Source of the DNA: Promethearchaeota archaeon
GTDB lineage: Archaea > Asgardarchaeota > Lokiarchaeia > Sigyniarchaeales > SOKP01
Length of the DNA: 38,117 bases
Direction of reading: 5' to 3'
NCBI GenBank assembly: GCA_011364975.1
Contig: RDOE01000029.1
Span: 1-38,117, forward strand
The notes under the pieces are model-generated. The model had not been told where the DNA came from, did not search any database, and was given only the letters and a program-made list of their open reading frames with translations. Made by a program: the position numbers and the translations under genes. This document shows, piece after piece, positions 8,562 to 20,864 of the stretch. Position 1 is the stretch's first letter. Every line of letters begins with the position of its first letter.

Positions 8562-8993
8562 ATGAAAAGTGTTTCAACGAATTTAAAACGAGTTATTATC
8601 ACGAAAATTGAGCCTGGCGAAGATCTTATTGAATCACTTTCTCATTTAATTGAAGAGTATAAAATAGGATCAGGCCTAATTAACTGTATCGGAGCTCTTA
8701 GAGAATTTACATTAGGATTTTTTAATTTAGAAAAGAAAACTTACGATTTTAAAACATTTAAAGAAAATGTGGAATTAATTTCTTGCATTGGGAATATTTC
8801 GTATAAAGATGATAAACCAATAATACACCTCCATGTTAATGTAGGTAGGAGTGATTATTCTGTTATTGGAGGTCATCTTTCCCAACCATGTATTATATCA
8901 GTCACGGCAGAAGTATATCTTTTCGAAACCGATATGAAAGTAGAACGCCTAAATGATGTAAGATTCAACCTTTCACTTCTTAATATAATGTAA
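8562..8993 (+). CDS. PPC domain / DUF296 protein
   Basis: PGEDL, CIGAL, ELISCIGNIS, IHLH, IGGHL, TAEV motifs. Confidence 0.9.
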   Translation: MKSVSTNLKRVIITKIEPGEDLIESLSHLIEEYKIGSGLINCIGALREFTLGFFNLEKKTYDFKTFKENVELISCIGNISYKDDKPIIHLHVNVGRSDYSVIGGHLSQPCIISVTAEVYLFETDMKVERLNDVRFNLSLLNIM

Positions 8994-9012
8994 AGTAATG
9001 TACATATAAATT

Positions 9013-9600
9013 ATGGCAGATAATTCAGAAATAATTGGAGAATATCGCGGGAAGGTTAAAAATAGGGTTTTAACCGCTCTTTTGCAGTCCTATATGGATA
9101 ACCTTGATTATGATGGAATGAAGTCTATTTTAAGAGAAGCCGAATTATTAGATTTAAAGGACATAAAGAATGTTAATCCTGAGGGAGAGATTGATTTTTT
9201 TTCGTTTAAAAAAATCATTACTGCTCAAAATTGTCTTTTATATGATTCTTCCCAATTATTGTTTGAAATAGGGCGCAAATTTTCTTTTTATTTATTTCCC
9301 TATGGTAAGGATTTTAGCGAAATTGTATCAGATTTAAATTATTTAATTCAGACTAATTGGAATGTAAAAGTTTTAGAAGATACAGCGGACTCAGTTGTAA
9401 TAAGAGTTGACAAATGTATATTCTGCTCGGAAATTGGAGTTTCTTGCGATCTATTTAAAGGATTTTTAATTCATTCTTTAGAAAAAAATTTATCATCGGA
9501 TTATACTGTAATTCCTATCTCAGAGAAAGAAAATATTAATGATCCTCGACATAATTCTTTTATTTTGAAACTAAAAATTGAAAAAACATTTAAAACCTAA
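9013..9600 (+). CDS. V4R-domain protein
   Basis: LFEIGRKF, IRVDKCIFC...SCDLFKGFL; the usual distal Cys residues of V4R are not evident. Confidence 0.6.
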   Translation: MADNSEIIGEYRGKVKNRVLTALLQSYMDNLDYDGMKSILREAELLDLKDIKNVNPEGEIDFFSFKKIITAQNCLLYDSSQLLFEIGRKFSFYLFPYGKDFSEIVSDLNYLIQTNWNVKVLEDTADSVVIRVDKCIFCSEIGVSCDLFKGFLIHSLEKNLSSDYTVIPISEKENINDPRHNSFILKLKIEKTFKT

Positions 9601-9688
9601 AACAACGAAAGATTAAATATAACAAAAATCAAAATATAGTTTATTGATTTTAACTAATCCAAATGATTCTTTAATTTAAAAAGTAACA

Positions 9689-10249
9689 TTGCCTGCTGAA
9701 GATTTATTAACTGAGAAGGAATATGTATTTAAAATAACGATATTAGGCGAAAGTGCCGTAGGTAAAACCTCATTAATTAATCAATTTGTAGAAGGATCAT
9801 TTCAAGAAGATTATAAACCGACTTTGGGGGCAAACATAGTTCGGAAAGATGTAAATATTGAAAAGGTTAACGCTAAGGTACGTTTAATAATGTGGGATCT
9901 TGCTGGCCAAGAAAAGTATAATGTTATTCGTAGCATGTATTTTCAAGGATGTGTTGGAAGTTTGTTCGTCTATGATATAACACGACATCAAACATTTGAT
10001 AATATCGAATCCAAATGGCTTAGAGATTTTAAAAATTATGTGAAAAAGGAAGGAGAATACGTATTAATTGGGAATAAGATAGATCTAGATGATGAACGGG
10101 TGGTTAAAGCAGAAGAGGGTAAAAAGTTGGCAGAAAAAATAAAGGCTAGTGCTTTTATTGAAACGAGTGCTAAACTAGGAGAAAATGTCGAACATGCATT
10201 TAAAAATTTAGTTTACAAAATTTTAAGAAATTACGGAGAAAACATCTAA
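9689..10249 (+). CDS. Rab-like small GTPase
   Basis: G1 GESAVGKT, G2 PTLG, G3 WDLAGQ, G4 NKID, G5 SAK; no C-terminal Cys. Confidence 0.95.
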   Translation: MPAEDLLTEKEYVFKITILGESAVGKTSLINQFVEGSFQEDYKPTLGANIVRKDVNIEKVNAKVRLIMWDLAGQEKYNVIRSMYFQGCVGSLFVYDITRHQTFDNIESKWLRDFKNYVKKEGEYVLIGNKIDLDDERVVKAEEGKKLAEKIKASAFIETSAKLGENVEHAFKNLVYKILRNYGENI

Positions 10250-10337
10250 CCAATCTTGTATTCCTTCAAGTGTTATTATACACTTCTTTTAAGTTAAGAT
10301 TCATTCATAGTAACTAACATATCTTTTTGGGATAATA

Positions 10338-11489
10338 ATGAAAGAATTATCTAAAACGATAACTTTAGCACCTAAATCAAAAATTAGAGAACTTTTTGAT
10401 CTTGCTGCAGGACGCTCTGATGTAATAAGCCTTGGTATAGGGCAACCTGATTTTTTGACCCCTCAACCCGCAATTGATGGTACTATCGCAGCTCTTAACA
10501 AAAAAATCACATATTATGCCCCAACAAGAGGGGTGCCAGCTCTTTTACAATCAATTGAGAAAAAATTAAAAGTTGATAATAATATCACTACAAATTGGAA
10601 AGATAATATAATTGTTACAAATGGTGGATCTCAAGCTTTAAATTTAACTTTTGCAACTCTTTTTAATCCTGGTGATGAAATGATATTATCCTCGCCTAAC
10701 TTTATTTCATATTTTTATTTAGGGTTATTTTATAAAGTCAAAGTAATTGAAGCTCAAAGAAGACCAGATTTTGGTCCAGATATTGAAAAAATGGAACGCT
10801 TAATTACCAAAAAAACAAAAGCAATATTAATCAATTCCCCTAATAATCCTACAGGTTATGCTTTAACGCGTAAGGAATTAGATCAAATTATTAATCTCGC
10901 TTCATCCTATGATCTTTATTTAATCACTGATGAAGTATATGAAAATTATCTATATGATGGGACAATACATACAAGTCCTGCGTCTTTAGATGAAATGTTT
11001 AACCGCACAATAACAATAAATGCCATGTCTAAATTATTCTCTGCTACCGGATTCAGATTAGGTTATGTAGTTGCTAACAAAGATATAATAAACCTCATGG
11101 AAAATTACCATCAATATACCGCAGCTGGGACAAACCATGCTGCTCAATATGGATTTATTGAAGCACTTAACATGGATAAAAGTTTCTTCTCCCCCATCCT
11201 GCAAAGCTTTTACCAACGTCGTAATTTAGTATATAAACGATTAAATGAATTAGACCTTAAAGTATCGAAGCCAAAAGGAGCATTTTACATTATGCCTTCT
11301 CTTAAAAATTATAATATAAATGGCATTGAATTCTCTGAAAAACTAATGAAAGAACAAGCAGTTGCCCTAGTCCCCGGGAATGCATTTGGTTCCTATTCAG
11401 ATACAATGATAAGAATATCATATGCCACTACCATTGAAAAATTAGAAGAAGCTATGAATAGAATTGAAAAATTTGTTAAAACTTTATAA
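10338..11489 (+). CDS. PLP-dependent aminotransferase class I/II (aspartate aminotransferase-like)
   Basis: LGIGQPDF, NSPNNPTG, DEVYE, SKLFSATGFRLGY, IRISYA. Confidence 0.92.
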   Translation: MKELSKTITLAPKSKIRELFDLAAGRSDVISLGIGQPDFLTPQPAIDGTIAALNKKITYYAPTRGVPALLQSIEKKLKVDNNITTNWKDNIIVTNGGSQALNLTFATLFNPGDEMILSSPNFISYFYLGLFYKVKVIEAQRRPDFGPDIEKMERLITKKTKAILINSPNNPTGYALTRKELDQIINLASSYDLYLITDEVYENYLYDGTIHTSPASLDEMFNRTITINAMSKLFSATGFRLGYVVANKDIINLMENYHQYTAAGTNHAAQYGFIEALNMDKSFFSPILQSFYQRRNLVYKRLNELDLKVSKPKGAFYIMPSLKNYNINGIEFSEKLMKEQAVALVPGNAFGSYSDTMIRISYATTIEKLEEAMNRIEKFVKTL

Positions 11490-11497
11490 TAATCTCT

Positions 11498-12625
11498 TTA
11501 TAATAAATAGGTTTTTAAAAGGGTTCCAGTTAAAAGTTCAATTGATTTAAAGATATCTTCTAATACTATATGCTCATTTTCTTTATGAACAACCTCAGGA
11601 TCACCCGGGCCATAAATTAAAAATGGGATTGGATTTTTGGGTTGTATTAAAACACCGATATCTGTTGCATAAGACAAGCCTATAAACTCAGTGTTTGCTA
11701 GTTTCTTGAGATTTTGAAGAAAAGGGTGATTAATATCGGTCTGAATTGCAGGTAAAGTAAGCGTCACCTTTGTTTTTAAATTATAAGGAGCGAGATCTAG
11801 ATTCCTTAAATTATTGATGAGTAATTTAAGGTCTTGTTCCGGTACTAATCGATAATCTATTGACATTAATGTTTTTTCTGGGACAATATTATGAGCAATT
11901 CCCCCTTGAATAGTGCCAATGTTTAAGGTAGATCTTCCCAATACAGGATTTTCTTTATCCTCTATACATTTGTAAAGTTTTGGGATTAAATTTAATGCCC
12001 CCTCTATTGAATTCAATCCAGAATGCGGTGTAGAAGCATGAGCTGCTTTACCTTCAATTTCTAGATCTAACCATAATAAACCTTTTTCAGCAATTCCAAT
12101 TTTCATATTAGTTGGTTCTCCAACGATTAAAAGTATTGCATCTTTCATTACTCCTTTTCTCGTACAAGTGTAAGCTCCTGTCATCCCTGCCTCTTCATCT
12201 GCGCTTCCTAAAAACACAAGAGTATATTTCTTTAAAAATTTGGGGTATTCTAAAAGCTTCATTATAGTGCCTATCAACATTACTATCCCTGCTTTCATAT
12301 CACAAGCTCCTCTTCCAAATAATTTTCCATCCATAATTTCCGCAGAAAAAGGAGGAAATCTCCACAGATTTAGATCTCCTGCAGGAACAACATCAAAATG
12401 CCCAGAAAATATAATTTTTTGGGGACCTATTCCTATTTTACTAACCAAATTATGAAGTTCGGTATCTTTCTTATGATAGGGAATAACTTCATTAAAAAAT
12501 CCTTTTGATTCCATAAACACTTCCGAGATTAAGTAATCGATAATCTCTTTAGTTTTCCCCGGGGGATTCACTGTAGGAAACTGGACTAATTTCCTAAGGA
12601 TCTTGATCAAATCATGTTGATTCAT
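11498..12625 (-). CDS. M20 family metallohydrolase (DapE/ArgE-like)
   Basis: GHFDVVP, GRGACDMKAG, DEEAG, GEPT, GKAAHAS, VHKENE. Confidence 0.9.
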   Translation of the reverse strand: MNQHDLIKILRKLVQFPTVNPPGKTKEIIDYLISEVFMESKGFFNEVIPYHKKDTELHNLVSKIGIGPQKIIFSGHFDVVPAGDLNLWRFPPFSAEIMDGKLFGRGACDMKAGIVMLIGTIMKLLEYPKFLKKYTLVFLGSADEEAGMTGAYTCTRKGVMKDAILLIVGEPTNMKIGIAEKGLLWLDLEIEGKAAHASTPHSGLNSIEGALNLIPKLYKCIEDKENPVLGRSTLNIGTIQGGIAHNIVPEKTLMSIDYRLVPEQDLKLLINNLRNLDLAPYNLKTKVTLTLPAIQTDINHPFLQNLKKLANTEFIGLSYATDIGVLIQPKNPIPFLIYGPGDPEVVHKENEHIVLEDIFKSIELLTGTLLKTYLL

Positions 12626-12775
12626 GGTTTTTAATAAAAATAAATTCTATATCGGATTTATTTTAATAAACTTAAACAAATATAATTTTTGGAATTCAAG
12701 GAATCACTTTAACATTATGTTACAATATACCACACTGAACCGTAATATAACTCATCAAAAAAGGTAAATTATGAT

Positions 12776-13030
12776 ATGACCTATTTCTGCTTTATGAATC
12801 GAAAATCACTAGGAATCCTCTTTATTATTATTGGTATATATTTATTAGTTGTAAATCCTATGCTTTCGATTTTTTTTAACCAGGTGGTTCCAATAGGTTT
12901 TGATGTTGTTCTTGAACCGTTAAATTATTGGATTGAATGGTTAATGATCTACGGCTGGATTACTATTGTAATTGCGATATCATGGCTATTTCTTATATTA
13001 AAAGGTAAATTCTATATTAAACAACATTAA
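12776..13030 (+). CDS. Small 2-TM membrane protein
   Basis: 84-aa ORF with two hydrophobic segments filling an intergenic gap. Confidence 0.55.
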   Translation: MTYFCFMNRKSLGILFIIIGIYLLVVNPMLSIFFNQVVPIGFDVVLEPLNYWIEWLMIYGWITIVIAISWLFLILKGKFYIKQH

Positions 13031-13052
13031 ACTAATTTAAAAAGATCGGAAT

Positions 13053-14255
13053 TTAAATATAATCCACTTCAAAAGGTGTTTTTGGAAGAACTTCAGCACC
13101 TTTTTTGGTTACTAAGGTTGGAGATTCTAATCTTAAACCTCCTAAGCCTGGACGATTAAATACTATGGCAGCAATTTCGACCATATTCTCCTCAAATATC
13201 ATTGACCCCCAATCCTTTCCGGGCACCACAACAGGCCAACTCTCATTCCCAATGCACCCTATCCCATGGCCTATACCGAAGAATAAATCATTGGCATAAC
13301 CTTGTTTATCTGCGACTTTCCTAACTTCTTGATAACAGTTATCAAAACTGGTTCCAGGAGTCATATTATCAATTAGTGCGTAGCATAATTGTTCAAATAC
13401 TTCATTAAATTTCTTTAATTCTGATGAACACTTTCCAAGTATATAATTATGGCTCAGATCTCCTAAATAACATCCATATTCACTATGTAAATCAACAAGA
13501 AGCGATTCTCCTTCCTGTACAATCTTATTTGTTGCGGGTGTACAACCATTGAAAGTCCAACTTGCTCGATATCCTGATCCTATTTCTTGATTGCCTGTAA
13601 ATGTCCACTCATAATTACTTCCTGCTTTTCTCATAGCAAGGGTTCCAATTCCTGCAATTTCATTTTCAGTGAATTGTTTTCCTGAGGATCTCTGGCTTAA
13701 TTCTTCTCTAACAGCATCTTGTCCAATATCTGTAATTTCGCTCGCTTTTCTTAACATTGCAATTTCTTCAGGTTCTTTAATAAATTGGATTTGTTCTGTT
13801 TTCGGATTGAAATCAACCAAGTCACATCCTGGAAACACACTTTTTAAAAATTCCGCTTCTGTATATGAAAGCATTTGACCCGTCACACATATATCAATCC
13901 CTAATTCAACTCCAATTCTTGGAGCTTTGCTTTTGGGGTCAAAGACTCCCGCCCTTTTAGCAGCGCTCTGAATTTTTTTCTCCCAGTAAAATCCTTTCAT
14001 AGGACCCCAACCACTAACTTTATCTAGATGAGACTCAGCTTTAACTCTTTCTACATCCAAAAGTACTGTAAATAATTCTGGATCTCCAAAACCCTCTCTG
14101 GGGAGAAATAAGTAACTTTTCCATGGTACGAAGCAGCCAGAGAGATATGTTATGGATTTAACTCTTGTTAACATGCAAAAGTCTAAATTAAGTTCTTCCA
14201 TTGCAGCTTGATATTTCTTAATATGGCCATTCCAATCTATCTTTATATCACTCAA
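13053..14255 (-). CDS. M24 family (Xaa-Pro peptidase/creatinase-like) protein
   Basis: ITYLSG N-domain, IKEPEEI, VDL...GDLS, GHGIG, GLRLE; active site partly divergent. Confidence 0.85.
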   Translation of the reverse strand: MSDIKIDWNGHIKKYQAAMEELNLDFCMLTRVKSITYLSGCFVPWKSYLFLPREGFGDPELFTVLLDVERVKAESHLDKVSGWGPMKGFYWEKKIQSAAKRAGVFDPKSKAPRIGVELGIDICVTGQMLSYTEAEFLKSVFPGCDLVDFNPKTEQIQFIKEPEEIAMLRKASEITDIGQDAVREELSQRSSGKQFTENEIAGIGTLAMRKAGSNYEWTFTGNQEIGSGYRASWTFNGCTPATNKIVQEGESLLVDLHSEYGCYLGDLSHNYILGKCSSELKKFNEVFEQLCYALIDNMTPGTSFDNCYQEVRKVADKQGYANDLFFGIGHGIGCIGNESWPVVVPGKDWGSMIFEENMVEIAAIVFNRPGLGGLRLESPTLVTKKGAEVLPKTPFEVDYI

Positions 14256-14425
14256 TGTTTTTTATCTTCTCTTAAATTAGTAATAAATCTAATTTCCAAC
14301 ATGGTTTTAATAATTTTAGAAGTTTAATGAAGTTATACCTTAAATTTACATCCTCATAAAATTAATTAATAACTCAGGAATGTAGAGAAAAATTACTGAA
14401 AATTGATATTTAAAACAAATAAGTG

Positions 14426-16708
<2,283 letters not shown>

Positions 16709-16830
16709 AATATAATTATAAATTTTTTAATTGAATTAAATTAACAATATTTTTATCAATTTATTAAAGTAATGGATGGTTTAATTTCTTTTGCATTATT
16801 TTTTATAATGAACAAAGGGCTAAGAATTTT

Positions 16831-17646
16831 CTAATTCTCCAAATTTAGATTGTCATGCAAGAAGCTAATAAAATGGTCGGAAATCTCGGTAATTTTAAGT
16901 AGTTTATCAGTATTTTTTTTAATAAACAGTTTTCTTAATTTAAGAATTCTTTTTTTATGAGTTTGATAAAGTTGATTCTTAAAAATATTTCCAACAACCA
17001 TTCTAGTTATTTTATCTAATTCTTTATTATATTCTTCAATTTCATTATTCTTGGATTTTTTTTTCTTAAAGTCCACATGTTTTACATTAAAGTATTGTTC
17101 AATTTGAGAGATTAGAGTATTAACTTCTAATTCTAAATTTTCAATCTTAAACAAATTTAATCTCCGGAAGGGTTTATCCCAATAATAGGTATTAAACTTG
17201 TCAAATTTACTATAAATTGTAGAAATTACCGAATTAGGTATTGGTAAACCTCTTTTTTCGTTCCATTGCATACAAATTTCCAACGGAGTTGAGATATGAA
17301 TAATTATAAAATCTTTCTTTAATTTTTCTGCAATCTTTTTTAAATCATGCCTCATACTGGTATAATAATTCATATCATCACTGATTACAATAAAGTTTTC
17401 TTGTAATGCAGACTTAACCTCAATTAAATTTCTATTCCGAATGAATTTCTCATTTTGATAATCGAAATCATCTGGAAACAATCTCTTACGTATTATGTCA
17501 GGATCGATTATTTTAACTTTTAGAGTTCTCTGTTGTTCCATTTTCTTTTTGAAGAGATAGGCAAATGTAGATTTACCTGATGCAGGTAATCCTGCCAAAA
17601 TTAAAAGATAATTGTTATTTTGCAACTCAACTATCAGATCCATCAA
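16831..17646 (-). CDS. pstK: O-phosphoseryl-tRNA(Sec) kinase (PSTK/KTI12 family)
   Basis: LILAGLPASGKST P-loop, DIIR, ISDDMNYYTSMRHDL, WDKP, and a C-terminal helical domain ELDKITRMVV. Confidence 0.8.
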   Translation of the reverse strand: MMDLIVELQNNNYLLILAGLPASGKSTFAYLFKKKMEQQRTLKVKIIDPDIIRKRLFPDDFDYQNEKFIRNRNLIEVKSALQENFIVISDDMNYYTSMRHDLKKIAEKLKKDFIIIHISTPLEICMQWNEKRGLPIPNSVISTIYSKFDKFNTYYWDKPFRRLNLFKIENLELEVNTLISQIEQYFNVKHVDFKKKKSKNNEIEEYNKELDKITRMVVGNIFKNQLYQTHKKRILKLRKLFIKKNTDKLLKITEISDHFISFLHDNLNLEN

Positions 17647-17908
17647 AATTTATAATTAATTCATGTTTTTGTGCTCGATTCAATTTTTTAATTTCTATTT
17701 CCCTTTGCATAGCTCTTTTCCGTTCTGTGAAAGTTTCAAAATATTTTAGTTCAATTTTTTTTTTCCCTCTACAAAATTTTGCACCAATTCCCTTTTTATG
17801 CTCATCTAATCTTCTCTGAAGATTACTTGTATAACCAGTATAGAACCTTTTTTTATTATTTTTAGCTATCGTTTCTAAAATGTATACATAATAAACAGAC
17901 AAAGACAC
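17627..17908 (-). CDS. GIY-YIG nuclease family protein
   Basis: YYVYIL...FYTGYT..LQRRLDEH..G.GAKF.RG, AMQREIEIKKL. Confidence 0.9.
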   Translation of the reverse strand: MSLSVYYVYILETIAKNNKKRFYTGYTSNLQRRLDEHKKGIGAKFCRGKKKIELKYFETFTERKRAMQREIEIKKLNRAQKHELIINFDGSDS

Positions 17909-18123
17909 ATCACTATTTATAATTTGATCCTTGTAGTATATATTTTTTTACCTAGGAAATAAGTATTTTTAATATTTCCCCCCATTTTAAGATATCAAAA
18001 GATGTTCATACTTTTGTTCCTTACAACTTTATTTTAAAATTAAATTTATTAATAAAAACTATTATAATTTTTAAAGTAATAATAGGTTTAATTTGGTGAG
18101 ATGTCTTTCCTCTTGGAGTTTGC

Positions 18124-18741
18124 TTGATTAAGTGGGATGTTGTGTTAGGGGGAACAATATATATGAAATATCCACCAGATTTAATTATACCTGATAATAT
18201 TGTGCAACAAATCCAAATTTCACATAATTTCGTTGAATCCTATATCACCATTGAAGAGACAAATTGGAATTCTATTTCTTACTATAATGAAGATAAGGAA
18301 GTAATCATTGTTTTAATTTTAGATAAATATGATGATGGTTCTGATTTTGTGGTAATCCTAGATGAATTTAAAAAAGAACTTGAATTAGATTTATCTGAAG
18401 AGAACCTTAAAGAACATTTAGAGAGAATTTATAACTTATCGTTAAATGTTTTAGGAACTCGAGATGAGGTTATCTCTAAATTAAGTAATGAACTAGCCCA
18501 ATTGAAAACCTCAGAATATGATTTAACTAAAAGATTTGATAAAATAGCAAAATCAGATCATCTTAAAGTGAAAAGTAAAATCCAATTCTTATTAGCTATT
18601 AACGAAGAGGTAAAATATGATCAATTGCGCAAATCAATCGATACGAGTAAGAGATGGCTTGATTCTGTTCTTGAAACCCTCATTAAAAATAACATTATTG
18701 GATATAATAATAAAAAAGATTCATATTATTTGATGTTTTGA
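18124..18741 (+). CDS. Hypothetical protein: longin/uDENN-like N-domain, coiled coil, C-terminal winged helix
   Basis: KWDVVLGGTIYMKYP N-terminus, heptad segment, and C-terminal YDQLRKSIDTSKRWLDSVLETLIKNNIIGY...YYL. The frame is open upstream to 18100 (DVFPLGVCL). Confidence 0.7.
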   Translation: MIKWDVVLGGTIYMKYPPDLIIPDNIVQQIQISHNFVESYITIEETNWNSISYYNEDKEVIIVLILDKYDDGSDFVVILDEFKKELELDLSEENLKEHLERIYNLSLNVLGTRDEVISKLSNELAQLKTSEYDLTKRFDKIAKSDHLKVKSKIQFLLAINEEVKYDQLRKSIDTSKRWLDSVLETLIKNNIIGYNNKKDSYYLMF

Positions 18742-18841
18742 TATTTGTAACACTTCTTTTATAAACAAATATATTCTTAAAAATACTTTCACTTTAATTA
18801 TTAATTTATTTCAACTCAAAAAATTATAATCCTAATTCACT

Positions 18842-19972
18842 ATGAATCTTTCAAAAGAAGAACAAAAAGAAGTTATAAAGGTAATGGAATCCCAGATGTT
18901 AACGTTATTACACGGAGAAAGTGTTAAAACGTTTGAAAAGGAATTTGCTAACTACATTGGAGCTAGATATGCCATTGCTGTTAATTCAGGAACAGCAGCT
19001 CTTCATATTGCAATTGCAGCATTAGATATTGGACCTGGAGATGAAGTTATAGTACCCCCCTTTACTTTTATTGCAAGTGCGAGTTCAATTTTACATAATA
19101 ATGCGATTCCAATTTTTGCAGATATTGATGATAAAACCTATACTTTAGACCCAAATTCCGTTAAAAAGAGTATAACAAATAAGACTAGAGCAATTCTTCC
19201 TGTTCATCTCGCGGGAATTTCTTCAAATCTTGATCCACTTCGAGAAATTGCTTCAGAACATGATATATATATAATTGAGGATGCTGCTCAATCAATTGGA
19301 ACGAAATATATGGGAAAAATGGTAGGTTCTATTGGAGATATTGGTTGCTTTAGTTTTTATCCATCTAAAAATATTACAACCGGAGAGGGTGGAATGATTG
19401 TGACCAATGATGATCACTTAGCTGAACAATGTCGTTTACTTCGCCACCACGGGGAACCAGAATGGTACGTTTACAATAGGCTAGGATATAACTATCGTAT
19501 GACTGAAATACAAGGCGCAATAGGAAGAATACAACTAAAACGAATTAACGAATTTATAAAACTACGAAATGATAATGCAAAATATCTAACTAATGCTTTA
19601 ACAAACATTAATGGAATAGATCCTCCATTTGTTCCAGATTATTGTGATCCTGCCTTCAATTATTGGATAGGCCGTATTCACCCCGAAATTATTGGCATGG
19701 ACAAAAATGAATTTATTGAAAAATTTCCTCGCAGTAAAATTCTCTATCCAAAACCCTTATACCAAACTAAGTTGTTTTTGGAAAAAATTGCTTATCCTAA
19801 AGGTTGTCCTTGGTCATGTCCTTTTTATGGAAAAGAAATTGATTATCGAACTCTTCAATTACCCGTCGTTGAAAAAGTAACTAAAGAAATCTTTGCTCTA
19901 GACATCCATCCGAAAATCACTAAACAACAGTTAGATGAAAACATTAAAATAATGAAAAACCTAGCAAAATAA
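18842..19972 (+). CDS. DegT/DnrJ/EryC1/StrS sugar aminotransferase
   Basis: NSGTAAL, PPFTFIAS, EDAAQ, FSFYPSKNITTGEGG, GYNYRMTEIQ. Confidence 0.93.
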   Translation: MNLSKEEQKEVIKVMESQMLTLLHGESVKTFEKEFANYIGARYAIAVNSGTAALHIAIAALDIGPGDEVIVPPFTFIASASSILHNNAIPIFADIDDKTYTLDPNSVKKSITNKTRAILPVHLAGISSNLDPLREIASEHDIYIIEDAAQSIGTKYMGKMVGSIGDIGCFSFYPSKNITTGEGGMIVTNDDHLAEQCRLLRHHGEPEWYVYNRLGYNYRMTEIQGAIGRIQLKRINEFIKLRNDNAKYLTNALTNINGIDPPFVPDYCDPAFNYWIGRIHPEIIGMDKNEFIEKFPRSKILYPKPLYQTKLFLEKIAYPKGCPWSCPFYGKEIDYRTLQLPVVEKVTKEIFALDIHPKITKQQLDENIKIMKNLAK

Positions 19973-19996
19973 TATAAACAAAGTTATTATTATTGT

Positions 19997-20269
19997 ATGA
20001 AAAAGATAATCATTAAAGTAACTGGACTTGTTCAAGGAGTTTTTTTTCGATATACTACTCGTAAAGTCGCTCGTAAATTGGGTTTAAAGGGGTATGTTAA
20101 AAATATGCCTGATGGAACTGTTTATATTGAAGCAGAAGGCGAGGAAAATGATTTAAAACAACTTTTAAAATTTGCGAATACAGGGCCACCCCACGCAAAA
20201 GTTGAAAATGTGGAATATGAAATAAGAGATGCAGATAATAAATATAAAGGATTTGAATATGCTTATTAA
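19997..20269 (+). CDS. acyP: Acylphosphatase
   Basis: VTGLVQGVFFR, GYVKNMPDGTV, GPPHAKV. Confidence 0.95.
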   Translation: MKKIIIKVTGLVQGVFFRYTTRKVARKLGLKGYVKNMPDGTVYIEAEGEENDLKQLLKFANTGPPHAKVENVEYEIRDADNKYKGFEYAY

Positions 20270-20383
20270 TTTTAAATGGGTAAGAATTGTAATAACACCA
20301 TCTATCTAAACCTCTTCAGCCAAAATAGTGATATTACCTAGATATTATTAGAGAAAATAAATAATATATCGATATTATTATGT

Positions 20384-20731
20384 ATGGAATATTCATTGAA
20401 GAAAGCTAGATATCTTGAGATCTTTAAAGCTATTAACCATAATAAGATTAAATACCAAGGTCCCCTGATTCTACAGATGTATGGTCTTCTCAATGATTTG
20501 AATCTACGGAGAGAAAATCGCTACATCCTTTGCAACTTTATAGATCAAAATAGCACATTATTTGACCTTAAAGAGGATATTTATGAAACTAACAATGATG
20601 TTTCACTGAATCAACTATTCCTTTTCGCTTATCATAAGGCAAAAGTAAATAATCTATTAGGAAGTCTATACAATGAATATATAAATAGTGTGAATGCGAT
20701 TTCTAATAAAATTGATATTACCATCAATTAA
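20384..20731 (+). CDS. Hypothetical protein
   Basis: 115-aa ATG-initiated ORF co-oriented with its neighbours; no recognised motif. Confidence 0.65.
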   Translation: MEYSLKKARYLEIFKAINHNKIKYQGPLILQMYGLLNDLNLRRENRYILCNFIDQNSTLFDLKEDIYETNNDVSLNQLFLFAYHKAKVNNLLGSLYNEYINSVNAISNKIDITIN

Positions 20732-20864
20732 TTCAGAAAACTCAATATAATCTGTTATTTTTTCATCTTCTTATCTGATTTATAATAATAGTTAGATGCA
20801 AATGATTAATAAGGATAAGTTTTATTATGAATTCAATAAAAAAACCAAAAATAGTTGACCTACT

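Noticed and set aside
17627-17908. GIY-YIG gene as a homing endonuclease or mobile element
   Set aside because: Short stand-alone type with no DNA-binding extension and no intron, intein or insertion boundaries.
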